A DNA stretch of 62,461 nucleotides, counting the filler, from Chiloscyllium plagiosum (Eukaryota): the NCBI RefSeq assembly GCF_004010195.1. It is 4 parts of one record of this genome, joined end to end, with 100 filler letters (N's around TTAATTAATTAA, not from the genome) between each part and the next. Parts side by side here need not be neighbours in the genome. Positions count along the whole stretch, not along the records: positions 1 to 24,881 come from NC_057712.1; 3 more parts are not named here. One strand, written 5' to 3'. A model generated the notes under the pieces. It made no database searches, was not told the origin of the DNA, and saw only the letters and a program-made list of their open reading frames with translations. Positions 1 to 13,500 of the stretch are shown here, piece by piece. How positions within the stretch are numbered: position 1 is the stretch's first letter; each line of letters starts with the position of its first letter. A program made the translations under genes and the position numbers.

Positions 1-313
1 CTGATGGGTGAGTGCCGAACCAGAGGACACAGCTTAAAAATACGGGGTAGACCATTTAGGACAGAGATGAGGAGAAACTTCTTCACCCAGAGAGTGGTGG
101 CTGTGTGGAATGTGCTGCCCCAGAGGGCAGTGGAGGCCCAGTCTCTGGATTTGTTTAAGAAAGAGTTGGATAGAGCTCTCAAGGATAGTGGAATAAAGGG
201 TTATGGAGATAAGGCAGGAACAAGATACTGATTAAGGATGATGAGCCATGATCATATTGAATGGTGGTGCAGGCTCGAAGGGTAGAATGGCCTACTCCTG
301 CACCTATTGTCTA
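1..313 (+). mobile_element. CR1-type LINE 3' end
   Basis: TRGHSLK...RRNFFTQRVV..WN.LP ORF2 C-terminus plus 3' UTR and short repeat tail. Confidence 0.9.
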
Positions 314-639
314 CCTTCAAGACCATTGGAGCGTGGCCAAGCTCTCGTGTGGAGGTTTACAATCATACATAGTTAAGTTAAAGCGCAAGATAGTTTGTAG
401 TGTTTATTTTCTTGAATTTTTACTATAATGTTCTAATATTAATTGTGTTCAGTAAACGAATTTTGTTGTCTATAAATTTTATTGTCTATAAGAGTTGATT
501 CAGTTGTTTTGCTGAATATAAGAATTTAAACATACTATGTGTCAGGTACAGTAGCAGTTATGAATGGAATCTGAAAGGTTCCTGCAGAGCAGCATGCCAA
601 ATGAAACAGCAAGCTCTGAGCTTTTCTGTTGAACAAATG

Positions 640-1290
640 TTAATAGGAGATTAGTCGGATACTCAAGGAATGTGGGACATTTACCTTTATCAGTTGAGAC
701 ATAAGTTATGAGATTGGAGAGGCGATGTTGGATCTGTACAGGACTTTGGTGAGCCCACAGCTGGAGTACTGTGCACAGTTCTGGTCTCTGCACAATAGGA
801 ATGATGTGATTGCACTGGTTGGGGCGCAATGGAGATTCACTAGGATGCTGCCTGGAATGGAGCTTGTCAGCAATGAGAGGTTGGATAAATTCAGGTTGTT
901 TCCTTTCAACCAGAGAAGGTTGAGGGGTGACCTGACAGAGTTGTGCAAGACTGAGGAGTATGGATAAGTGGTAAGAAAGTGGTTGTTCCCCCTAGGTGGC
1001 GAGTCATTAACACGGGGGTATAATTTACAGTGAGAGGCAAGAGCTTTAGAGGGGATTTGAGGAAAATGCTTTTTCACCCAGAAAGTGGTAGGGTCTGGAA
1101 TGCACTGTCTCGGAGGGGAGTTGAGGTAGGAAACCTTTAAAAAGAATTTGGCTGGCTACTAATATGTCATAACATTCAAGACGATGGGCATAGTGTGGGA
1201 AAGTGGGATCGGTGTAGACAGGTAATATATTTTTAGTCGTTCAGACCAAATGGGCCGAAGTGTCTCTTCGGTACTAAGAGTCTATGATGT
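640..1290 (+). mobile_element. CR1 LINE fragment (ORF2 C-terminus)
   Basis: LYRTLV.PQLEYCAQFWS and RRLRGDL motifs, decayed. Confidence 0.85.
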
Positions 1291-1514
1291 ATCAGAAGCT
1301 TTTCGAGTTGATCTTTGTTTTTTGCAAAAATCAGCCTATCACCAGTGCAGTTTGGGATTGATAATAAATGTTGGCCTAGCCAGAGAACCCACATCCTGGG
1401 AGCAAATTAAGAAACATATCACCGTGGAGCGATTGGTCGGGGATGTTTAATCACTGGCTTATCTGGAATCCAGGTCTTAGTACATATGAAGTAACCATAT
1501 CTTTTCAATTTCAG

Positions 1515-1541
1515 GCTGAAGAGGGAAACATCGAATACAAG
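1515..1541 (+). CDS. GTPBP2: GTPBP2 27-nt micro-exon (AEEGNIEYK)
   Basis: tttcag|GCTGAAGAGGGAAACATCGAATACAAG|gtgag; matches the conserved AEDGNIEYK. Too short for the ORF track. Confidence 0.93.
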
Positions 1542-4500
1542 GTGAGCACAGCAGCTTTGTCGTGTTTACTGTGAGTTTGTTGAAGCATAAAGACCATAAG
1601 ATAGAGGAGCAAAATTAGACCATTCAGCCCATCGGGTCTGCTCCACCATTCTCTCTGTAACCCTTGATCTCCTTATTAATCAAGAACCTGTTTATTTGGC
1701 AAAATGAAAGAACTGTCGATGGTGGAAATCAGAAACAAAAACAAATTTTTTTTTAATGACTCTAAATTGCTGGGCAAGCTCAGCAGCGCTGAGAGAGAAA
1801 TCAGAGTTCATGTTTTGGGTCCAGTAACACTTCAATTCTGAAGGAGGATCACTGGATCTGAAGCAATTATTCTGCTTTCTCCACAGATGCTGCAAGAACC
1901 TCTGCCTTAAAAACACTCAAATGACTTGGCCTCCGCAGCCCTCTGCAGAGGTAGACAAGCAGGAGGCTGGAAGAACACAACAAGCCAGGCAGCATCAGGA
2001 GGTGGAGAAGACGACGTTTTGGGTGTAACCCTTCAGTACTGGGGCCCCAATCCTGAAGGGTTGCACCCAAAACATCGACTTCTCTTCCTTCCTGATGCTG
2101 CCTGGCTTGTTGTGTTCTTCCAGCCTCTTGCTTGTCTACCTTGGCTTCCAGCAACTGCAATTGTTTTTTTGTCTCCACACCCCTCTATGGCATTGAGGTC
2201 CACAGATTCACCACTCACAAGCTGAAGGAACTCCTCATCTCAGTTTGAAAGAGTTGTTTGTCCCTTCACTCTGAGGCTGTGCCCTCAGGTCTTAATCTGT
2301 GCAGTTGGTGGAGACATCTTCTCCAGCCATCTCAGTACTCTGTAATCATCATCCCTCATCTTTCTCCACTCCAAGTACAAAGTAATGCTGTAGATGCTAT
2401 AGAACAAAAACAGACGTTGCTGGAAAATCTCAGCAGGTCTGGCAGCATCTGAAGAAAAATCAGAGAATGTTTTGGGTCCAGTAACCTTCCTCAACTTCTG
2501 CTCTTGTGTTCCAATCCTGTGGAAATGAACACTAGCTACCAACTACCAATTGAACCTGCATTATCAACCTTAGAGACTCCTGAACTGAGATTTCCGAAGC
2601 TTTTTCCCATTTAGAAAATAGGCTACACTTTGTTTTTATTCCTACCACAGTACACAAGACTCTCACTTTCCAACATTGTATCCCATCTGTCACTTCTTTG
2701 CCCACATTCCTAGCCTGTCCCAAGTGCTTCTGCAGCCTCCCCGCTTCCTCAGTACTACTTACTCCCCACCTAGCTTTGTGTCATCTGAAAACTTAGCATC
2801 AATGTCGCCAGTTCCCATGTCCAAATTGTTAATGTATAATGTGAATAGTTGTAGTCCCAACACTGACCCCATGGAATTCCATTAGTCACCAGCTGCCATC
2901 CTGAAAAATACCTTTCTATGCCTACTCTCTACCTTCTGCCAGTCAGCCAATCCTCTATCCAAAGCAGTACCTTGCTGCTAACACCATGGGCTCTTCAGTT
3001 TATTTTGCAGCCTTGTGGTACCTCGTCAAAGGCATTCTGGAAATCCAAACCGATCACCCCCACTAGCTCTCCTTTGTCTAACTTGCTCATTACCTCAAGC
3101 AGATTTGTTGAGTGTGACCTCCCCTTAACAAAGGCACGCTGACTCTGACTTATGTTACTCTGCACTTCCAAATACTCTGTAATCACATCCTTAATAATGA
3201 ACACTAAAATCTTCCCCACGACCAAGGTCAGACCAACTGACCATCAGTTTCTTGTCTTCTGCCTTTCCCTCTCTTTAAAAGGGGCAATACATTAACCATT
3301 TTCCAGTTCCTCTGGGACCCTCCTGACTCCAGTGAATCCTGAAAGATCCCACAAAATCTCTGTTATTTCTTCAGCTATCTCCTTCAAAGCTCTGGGGTGT
3401 TGCCCATCTGGTTTGGGATTTATCCACCTTCAGACCTTTCCGTTTCCCCAGCACCACCCCCTTAATGATGGCCACTGCACCCATCTCTGCCCTGACTGTC
3501 TTGAAGTTCTGGTATGCTGCTGGTGGCTTCCATTGTGAAGACTGATGTCTAGTAATATTCAGTTCCTCTGCAATTTCTTTGTTCCCCATTACTACTTCTC
3601 CAACTTAATTTTTCCAGTGATTGAAGGTCCACTCTTGCCTCTCTCTTACCTTTTATATATCTAAAAACATCTCCTGCAATCTACTTTTATACCACTGGTC
3701 ACTCATATTTCAACTTGTCTTTCCTTTATTGCTTTCTCAATTACCTTCTGGTTTTTAACGGTTTCCCACTCCTCTGGCTTCCCACTATTCTTCACCACAT
3801 TGTATGCCTTTTATTTGGCTTTTATACTGTCCATGACTTCCTTTGCCAGACTCATTTACCTTGTTCTTCCCTTAATATGTCTTTTTCTTCCTTGATGAAT
3901 TTCTGCTGTGCCTCCCGAATTATCCCTAGACATTCCTGGCATTTCTGTTCCACTGCTTTACCGTCAAGGTTCCCCTTTCAACTAACGGTGGGCAGCTCCT
4001 CCTTTATGTTTTTGTAGCTACCTTTACTCTGATTGCAGCTTCTCTCTCTCAAACATCAGGGAGAATTCTATCAGATTACCGTCACTATCCCCTTGGGTAT
4101 CCTTTACCTTAAGCTACCTAATCAAATCTGCCTCATTGCATATCATCAAATCCAGAAATGCCTGCTCCTTAGTGAGCTCAATCAGAAGCTGCTTTGGAAA
4201 AAAAACTTGGGATTTGCTTCCAACCTGATTTTTCCCAGTCCACCTACATATTGAAGTCCTCATTGATATTGTCCCTGACTTCCCTTGTCGGCCACGGTTG
4301 CTTCCTCACCCCATTAGTAGGTTTCTTCTTGGGATGCACTTCTGCTCTTCCTCCTGAAACACCTCCTGAAACCCCTGCCATTGCTGCCCCATTGTCTTCC
4401 CTGCTAGACTCCCCTTCCAATTAATGCTGGTCAACGTTCCCTCTTGTCTTTGTAGTTCCCTTTACCCTGTGGTAATCCCGTTACAGCTGATTCCAGCTTC

Positions 4501-7500
4501 TCCCTTTCAATTCTATTGCATGAGGTCTATTTCCCTTTCTAAAGGAAAGTTAATGCAGATCTGAAACAAATAAAATCTGAAATTGCTGGAGAAACTTGGC
4601 AAGTCTGGCAGCTTCTGTAGAGAGAAAGAGAAAAAGAGACAGTGAGCTTTTTGAGCCGAGTGAAAATCTGAGTGTCTCAACAGTTAGCATGTCATTTTAG
4701 AGAGCAGTCGTGAAGTAGCTGTTGTGGGCAGAGGCTGAGCTTGGGAAAGCTGACTGTTATCTGGGCGAAGGTAACTGCTGGTTTCTGCTCTGAAAGATCC
4801 CTGAAATAACCAACAGCAAATTCAGGCTATCTGGACTGTTGGTGGAGTTTGTGGGTTGAATGTTGACCTTCAGATTGAGGTGAGTTGCTCTGACGTGTGG
4901 GTATGTATTAGGGAAAGGGTTATCATTGTACAGGCTGGTGAAGAGGGTGTGAACCTGTTTACATAGTTGGACGACTGTGCTGATGGGTTTTAGATCATGT
5001 CTGTTTCGGCTGATATCGGTTAGCCTGCAATACATTAGTCTAGTTGTTTTGTCTGAATATGCTGAACAGAGCAGGAGAGTTCCTGATGTTACTGAACTGT
5101 TGATACTGTTCCTGCCAGGTATCTCACTGTATCGGTGTTGTCAGTTTCTTCTCTTTTGTTCCAGCTGAAGTTGGTGAATCCTTCCCAGTATCGCTTTGAG
5201 CACTTGGTCACCCAGATGAAGTGGCGATTGCAGGAGGGTCGGGGAGAAGCTGTCTATCAGATCGGGGTTGAGGACAATGGTCTCCTGGTTGGCCTGTCTG
5301 AGGAAGAGCTGCGAGCCTCTCTGAAAACGCTCCGCAGAATGGCTGAAAAGTAAGTGGTGTCTCAATCGTAATGGGTGAATGTGAGCGGAAACAACTCAGG
5401 CTCAGTTCCACTGAATCAGCATAGCAACAAGAGGAGCAAGGGGCAGGAGAGGGTTGTCCCTCAAGTGTGCTGCACCCAATTGATATAGCTGATGACTGAT
5501 CAGAATGTGGCCCCAGCTGCCTGTCCCCTAACCCGGGACTTCCTTGTTGATGAATTGTTTCCCAGACTCAGCCATGAGCACACATTCACTGGCTGTGGTT
5601 CCAGTGCTCACAGACACAGAGAGAAGCAGCGGTCACCACCAACTTCCACTTACCCGCTCTCCCCTTCCACCCGTCCCCCGCTCTCCCCTTCCACCCGTCC
5701 CCCGCTCTCCCCTTCCACCCGTCCCCCGCTCTCCCCTTCCACCCGTCCCCCGCTCTCCCCTTCCACCCGTCCCCCGCTCTCCCCTTCCACCCGTCCCCCG
5801 CTCTCCCCTTCCACCCGTCCCCCGCTCTCCCCTTCCACCCGTCCCCCGCTCTCCCCTTCCACCCGTCCCCCGCTCTCCCCTTCCACCCGTCCCCCGCTCT
5901 CCCCTTCCACCCGTCCCCCGCTCTCCCCTTCCACCCGTCCCCCGCTCTCCCCTTCCACCCGTCCCCCGCTCTCCCCTTCCACCCGTCCCCCGCTCTCCCC
6001 TTCCACCCGTCCCCCGCTCTCCCCTTCCACCCGTCCCCCGCTCTCCCCTTCCACCCGTCCCCCGCTCTCCCCTTCCACCCGTCCCCCGCTCTCCCCTTCC
6101 ACCCGTCCCCCGCTCTCCCCTTCCACCCGTCCCCCGCTCTCCCCTTCCACCCGTCCCCCGCTCTCCCCTTCCACCCGTCCCCCGCTCTCCCCTTCCACCC
6201 GTCCCCCGCTCTCCCCTTCCACCCGTCCCCCGCTCTCCCCTTCCACCCGTCCCCCGCTCTCCCCTTCCACTCTCCCCCCCTCTGTTTGTTCCACCACATT
6301 CTAGGCAAGATCCACCCAGTCACTAGACACCTGCACTTCCCAGCCCCTCACTAGTTTGGAAATATTTTATCTTTTCGCTTTCTCTGCCGCTTCTTTGTTT
6401 CATCCCCCCATCTTCAATGTCTGAACCCATTCTCAATCTTGTGCACATCCTCTTGCAGTCTCCTCCTAACATAGCCTGCCATCCAGTTTGGTCTGTTTTC
6501 AGTTCTCTGTGGAAGTAATGTGTGTTAGATTGATGGTTGCTCTAGTTCACCTTGTATCTAAGTTGTTGCTTGTTGTGTGCAGGGTTGGAGCAGATATCAC
6601 AATCCTCCGAGAGCGTAATGTGGAATATGACATGGACTCCCCGAGGCGGATAGCTGAGGTTTTGATCCGGAAAGTTCCCGATGATCAGCAGGTACGCCCC
6701 TGAGCTGACAGACCGCCACTCCCCACACCCCCATCCTCCTCGGTACCTTGCAGCCCTACCAACAAACAGCAGCTAAAGCAGACATCCAGCTAGGCGGCAG
6801 TGTCTTGCCAACAGTCTGGGGAGATCAATGCTCACTTGGTGAGGTGATGAGAATTAGGAGCATGAAGAAGCTATTCAGCCCCTCAAGCTTACTCCTCGAC
6901 TCTTCGAGGTTGTGGCCTGAACTTCGTTTCCTGCCCCACCAGCTGACTGTTAAAGCTTCTCATCGAAGTCAGTCACCCAGCATTCACTGCTCTACAGGCC
7001 CAAATCAATGGTTTAACACCCCTCCAGGAAGTTACTGTCAAATTCACTCCATCATTCCCCAGCTCTTCCCAGTTCCAGACTTTCCCATAAAGGGGAACAT
7101 AATTAGCCACACTGTCAACCCCCTTGCTCCACATTTCGATAGAATCGAGTGCACTTCTTTTTTTCTAAAATTGAATGAATAAGTGATGAGTGACTGTCCT
7201 ATCACCCTCTCTCTGTAAAAGTCCTACATTCAGGCTGTTTGTGCTGGCATGACATTATGTTCAAAATGCAGACTAGCCTCACAGCTGTTAACTGAGAGAG
7301 CTGTACCCTCATCATTCCAGAGGTCAGGAGGGCTCTAAGTCAACATCAACCAGCAAAGGGCTCGGCTACTCCAGGGGCATTGCAGATACAGGATCAGAGA
7401 GAAGCAGCAGGACTGTCTCCCAGGATGGGACACGGCTCAGTGTCACCTTCAGGCTGGGAATATTTGCAAGGGCATTGATCAGCAAAAAAACCCAAGATTT

Positions 7501-10500
7501 AAAATGCTGTAGTGTTGTCTGTAATTTGGAGTATTAAAAAATAATTTTGTGCAGCAATGTCCTCTGTGACTGAAGTTTGAGTAAGGAGATATTTGAAAGG
7601 ATATCCCTGCTTTCTGAGCATCTCTTCTTGAGGTGACTGTAATGTTCACTCTTGGATTCCATTGCAGTTTCTTGACCTGCGGGTGGCAGTTCTGGGCAAT
7701 GTGGACTCAGGGAAGTCAACCCTGCTAGGTGTGCTGACACAAGGCGAGCTGGATAATGGCCGTGGGCGAGCACGCCTGAACCTGTTCAGACATCTGCATG
7801 AGATCCAGTCCGGCCGAACATCCAGCATCAGCTTCGAGATCCTGGGATTCAACAGCAAGGGCGAGGTAGGCCTGGGACTCAGCCTGTGTTATACTGAGCT
7901 GCTGGGGCTCACTGAGGAAGCAGCAGGCCTCGACCAGTGTTTCGGATCTTCTCTTTTACTTTGTGAAGGTTTCTAGGCCTGGTGTTATTGCAGTACAGCT
8001 GTGCACTTGGACTGCAATGGTTTAGGAAGATAGCTCCCCCTCCACTGCCAAGAAAATTGGAGATGACAGTGAAATGTCAGCTACATTAACCATGAAAGTT
8101 CACTCACTTGGTGCTCACAGTGTGATGTACATGACAGAGCCTGACCCCCTTCCCTAGGCTTCGTGAGCAGTAAAGAGTATTCCCGGGTGTTTCTGGCTGC
8201 CTTCTCTTCCCTTTGGGGTTTGGGCGAAGTCAGCATTTACCCATTCCTAATTGCCCTTGAACTGAGTGTTGTCACTTGGGTTTGGAGTGCATGTAGGCCA
8301 GACTGACTATGGAAGATTTCCTTCCCTGAAGAATATTCCCAGTGATCAATGAATGTTATATTTGAGTCACCATTACTGAGAGCAGGTTTGTGAATTGAAA
8401 TTCAATTCATCTCAACTGCTGGGGACCCCATGTCCCCAGGCAGTCTGTCCAGCGACGTCCCCACAATGTGGGAAGCGTGCAGCCGCCCGTCCATTCCTCC
8501 CTCCCTGAGAGGGTAACACTGGTTCAAAGAGCTGGATGGCCTGAGATGGGACTGCCTCTGAGCTGCTGGTGGTGCTGTTGATCTTTGAACTCTGATATTG
8601 AATGGCACTGGCACTGTGCTCCCAGGAGAATGATTAGTGGTTTGCTGTTTAAGATCCACTCATGACCAGTTACTGGATCACACTGGGTCCTGTCAGCTCG
8701 CCACTCATTACATTGTCAGTATTTGTTCTCAGGAGTCATGTTTCTATATTGTGCTGCTTGTGTCTCACTGTGTAGGTGGTGAATTACAGTGATTCCCGGA
8801 CAGCAGAGGTCATCTGTGAAAGTGCCTCGAAAATGATCACCTTTATTGACCTGGCAGGGCACCACAAGTACCTAAAAACCACAATCTTCGGCCTCACAAG
8901 CTACTGCCCTGACTTTGCCATGCTTGTTGTCAGTGCCAACACTGGCATAGGTATGTTCTCTGGGGAGATGGTATGATAATAGGATGCTGGGAATGGGTGT
9001 GTGGTACAGGGCCACTGAATAAGATCAGTCAGTGCTCCTGATCACTATCCATTGAGCTCTGTTATCAGGTGACCATTCTTGAATGTTGGAGAGTAGGCTC
9101 AGGCTAAATCAGCTCTTCCATTGTGATGATGTGGGGAAAGTTGGCAAGGGATGAATCCTGAGTGGGAGCCAGTAGTTCAGAGCAACTGTGCTGAGGTCTA
9201 TCAGTCTCACCGTTCAGACTGATGCTGGAATTCCTTGTTGCAAGCAAACCCCTCACGTGGAAAATGGTTCATCACTGAACTGTAGAGTTGTGTTCAGTGT
9301 TCGTGGAGTCCCAAATGCAATGCAACAGCCCTTTCTCCTCTCTATCCTTATTGCTCACGCATTCTCTCTCCTCCCTAAAAGAAAGAGAAATGACTTCCTG
9401 TCCATTCAGGAACTGACCTATAGGGTTAGGTCAATTTGAGTGGCCAACTGTTCTCAGTACAGCCCTGCCAGAATGTTCCTGCCAGGCTCGTAGCACTGTT
9501 CAGTCAGGAGACTGGATCCGCATTCTTGGGTTTTGAAGAATGACTGGTGATCTCATTGAAACTTAAAGCAGGGCTCGACAGGGTAGACAGGCAGTGTATA
9601 CCACCCTGGTAGGTAGGGGATTGAAACAAGGGGGTTCAGGGTAAGGGGCATATCGTTTAAGTGGAATTTCTTCCCTCAGAGGGTGGTGAACCAGAGGCAG
9701 CAGAGACCAAGTTACTGAGTATGTTTAACACAAAGAGCAATAGCATTCTGCATGTTAAAAACATGAAGGGAGACAGGGTGGGGCCGGAGAATGGTGCTGA
9801 AGTGGAAGATTGAGTTGAAACAGGTTTGAGCACAATGGCCTATTCCTGTTCCAGTGTCACATTCTGTCCCATTTGCCAGGACTGGCCAGCTGATGCCCTG
9901 GAGAACTGGGCTCTGGTCAGTCTGGTTTGAGTGCTCACAGGGGCTCAGTGCTTTGACATGGTGCAACTCATTGCAGCTGGGTGACTGCTGAGGTATTTCC
10001 CCTTGTGTTCCCAGTTTCTGGAACTTCATTGATGGATCAGGGACCCTTGCTGGCTCACTCTGATCTGGTCACATGCTGCTGTTTTAACACCACTGACTCT
10101 TTGTCCCTCACTGTTGTCTTATGTCTGCAGCTGGCACTACACGTGAGCACCTGGGCTTGGCCATGGCTCTCAAAGTGCCCTTCTTCATTGTTATCAGTAA
10201 GGTCGACTTGTGCACAAAGGCTACCATTGATCGCACCGTCAAACAGTTGGAACTGGTCCTGAAGCAGCCAGGATGTAACAAAGTTCCCCTGCTCGTGTCA
10301 AGCAGTGATGATGCAGTAACTGCCGCTCAGCAGTTTGCACAGTCTCCCAGGTAAGGACTGGTTCGGAAATGCACCAGGACAGCACTAGGGTTCTCAGTCA
10401 GCAAAGTACACATTCAGCTTCACCATCACCAGCCTCGCTCGGGCTCTTGCCGCTGCTCTCTGCCGCGCTCTCCCCTCCCCTCTCAGTTCCTGCTTTGGTC

Positions 10501-13500
10501 CAGTAACGTGAGCTTTCATTTGTTTATCTTTTCTTATGGCATGGAGATCACTGGTAAGTCTCGCATTCATTCCTGATCACCTCCTGAACGGAGTGATTCA
10601 CTTAGCCATTTCAGAGGGTAGTTAAGCAGATGTGTTTTTCAAACAATCAATGGTAGTCATCATGCTCACCAAGATTGAGACCAGGTTTTACAAACATACA
10701 GAGGAAGGACAGCAATCAGCTACCCAGTCCCTGCTCCACCGTTCAGAGTTAGACAGGTGTTCGAGGTGACAGTGGGAGAGCACTTTGGTGATAGTGACCA
10801 CAACACCATACAGTTTAAATTTGTTACTGAAAAGGAAGAAGATGGTGTGCAAGATACAGCAAAATCTGACCAAAGTAGACTGGGAACAGTGACCTCTGTG
10901 TAAATCTACAGCAAAACAGGTGGGGAAACTAGTGGAGAAAATTCTGAATTAAAGCCAATGGAGTGGCAAAGTTTTCTCAGGGATAGTCAGCACAGCTTTG
11001 TCAGAGGGAGGGCATGCCTAACAAATTTGATTGAATTTTTCAAGGTGGTGACCAACTGTGTAGATGAGGATCGTGCAGTTGATATGGATTTCAGTGCGGC
11101 CTTTGACAAGGTCCTACAGGGGAAACTGATACAGAAGGTAAAAGCTGATGGTGTTCAGGGTATCTTGGCATGTTGCATCTGGAATTAGCTTAGAGACAGG
11201 AGACAGAGGATAGTGGAAGAAGACTGTTTGTGTGCCTGGAGCCCGTGTGCAGTGGCGGCCCACAGGGATCCATGCTGGGTCCCTTACTGTTCATGATATT
11301 CATAAACAACACGGATAAGAATGTAGGGGATACGATAATAGGAGATGATATGAGGATTGGCCAGGTGGTTGACAATGAGGAAGACGGTCTTAGGTTACAG
11401 GAAGATATGAATCAATTGGGCAAATTAGTGGCACATGGAGTTTAACCCTGATGCACTTTGGAAAAAGGAACAAGCCAAGGGAATACTCCGTGAGTAGTAG
11501 CACAAGAGCAAGCTGAGAGGAACTTGGGGTGTCTGTCCACAGGCCCCTGAAGATGGGGGACAGGTTAATAGGGGAGTTTAGAAGGAATATGGGACAATTG
11601 CATTTATCAGTCATTGCAGAAGTTGAGAGAGCAGGGAGGTGATGTTGGACAGCCCTCTGGTTAGGGCCACAGCTGGAGTACTGTGTGCGGTTCTGGTCCC
11701 CACTCTATAGGAAGGATGGGATTACACTGGAGAGGGTGCAGAGGGAGATCCACCAGGATACTCCCTGGAATGGAGTATCTCAGTGATGAAGAGAGGCTGG
11801 ATAAGCTCAGGCTGGTTTCTTTAGAGCAGAGAAGGCTGAGGGGGGACTGATCGAGGTGTGTAAGATAACGAGGGGCATGGACTGGGTGGGGAGAGAGCAG
11901 CTGTTTCCCTTAGTCGAAGGGTCAGTAACGAAGAGGAATAATTTTAAGTGAGGTTTGGAGGGGTGAAAGGGATTTTGAGGGAAATGATTTTCGCCCAGAA
12001 GGTGGTGGGGGTCTGGAATGCACTACCTGGGAGGGGAGTTGAGCCAGGAAACCTCATAGCCTTTGAAAGGTGCTTGGATGACCATTTGAAGAAAGAGGCA
12101 GACAGCTTCCTAATTTCCATATTAAATGGGGCACCTCTTATTTTAAAACTCTGTCCCTCATTTCAGTTCCATTCACGAGGGAAAACATCCTTTCCATATC
12201 CACCCTGTCACGTCTCCCGCAGGGACACGTGTTTAATAAGATCATCATGTTCTTCTAGGCTCCCGTTGATAAAGGCCCAACTCCTTCAACCTTTTCTCGA
12301 AAAATGTTTTTCATTCAGTGACTTGGGTGTCGCCGGCTGGTCCCAGCATTTATCTCCCGTCCTTTAGTTGCCCTTGGGAAGGTGGTGGTGAGTTGTCGTC
12401 TTGAACCATTGAAATCCATATGCTGTGGGTTGACCTGCAATGCTCTTAAGGGAATTGCACAATTTTCACCTAGGAGGGGACACTGAAGGAGCAGTGATAT
12501 ATTTCCGTGTCAGAATGGTGAGTGGCTTGGAGGGGAACTTACAGGGGTAGTGTTCCTATATATCTGCAGCTCTTGTCCTTTTAGGAGGAAGTGGTCATGG
12601 GTTTGGAAGATGCTGGCTAAGAATCTTCAGTGAATTCCTGCAGTGCATCTTGTAGATAGTATGCAGTGCTGCTACTGAGCATCAGTGGTAGAGGGAGTGG
12701 ATGCGGTGTCGATCAAGCAGTCCCCTTTGCTCCACTCTGTCGAATGCAGCCTCTCCCCTCCCCTCTGGAATCCAGCTCTTTTGTCCATGTTTGACCCAAG
12801 GCTGGAATGAGGTCAGGAGCTGAGTGACCCTGGGGGAACCCAAACTGGTGTCACTGAGCAGATTATTGCTGAGCGGGTGATGCTTGATAGTGCTGTTACT
12901 GACCCCTTCCAAAACTTTACTGAGGATTGAGGGGAGACTGATGGGGCGGTAATTGGCTGGGTTGGATTTGTCCTGCTTTTTATGTACAGGACATACCTTG
13001 GCAATGGCATCAGCCTGACGATGTGGAACAGTGTTCCACTATAGCTGCATCACTGGTGTTTGCTGTATGAGAGGCTGTGGTGTCGTGAGTAATGCCATTG
13101 AATAGAAATGCAGAGGTCTAAGGTCACTAGTTCAAATCCCAGCACAGCTGGTGGAATTGAGGTTTAATGTTGGGTTGTATGTTTGAGGTGATCATCTCTT
13201 ATTAAAAAAAACTCCAGATCCACTCCCTGTGAACTGCCTTCTGAAATGACTAAGTGAGCCATTCAGTTTAAGAGACTTTGGGTAAGCCAGCTGCTGCCGG
13301 CATCGTGTGTACTGCCCGTGTCCCAGCAAAGAATCAAGGAGGAAGCAATAGTCATGTAGTTATTTAACACTCTGAGCTCGAACATCATCATCTTTCTCCC
13401 CATCATTGACCCAATTGTTGTTCTTGGCTCCCTGCATGTTTCTTTTGCTGCTTTGCTACTCTCTGCACAGACGCTGCAGAGATTGTCCGCCACTGCCTAT

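Noticed and set aside
5492..6326. Pro-rich and Gly-rich 215-270-aa ORFs on both strands
   Set aside because: A perfect 24-bp repeat with no stop codons, inside a GTPBP2 intron.
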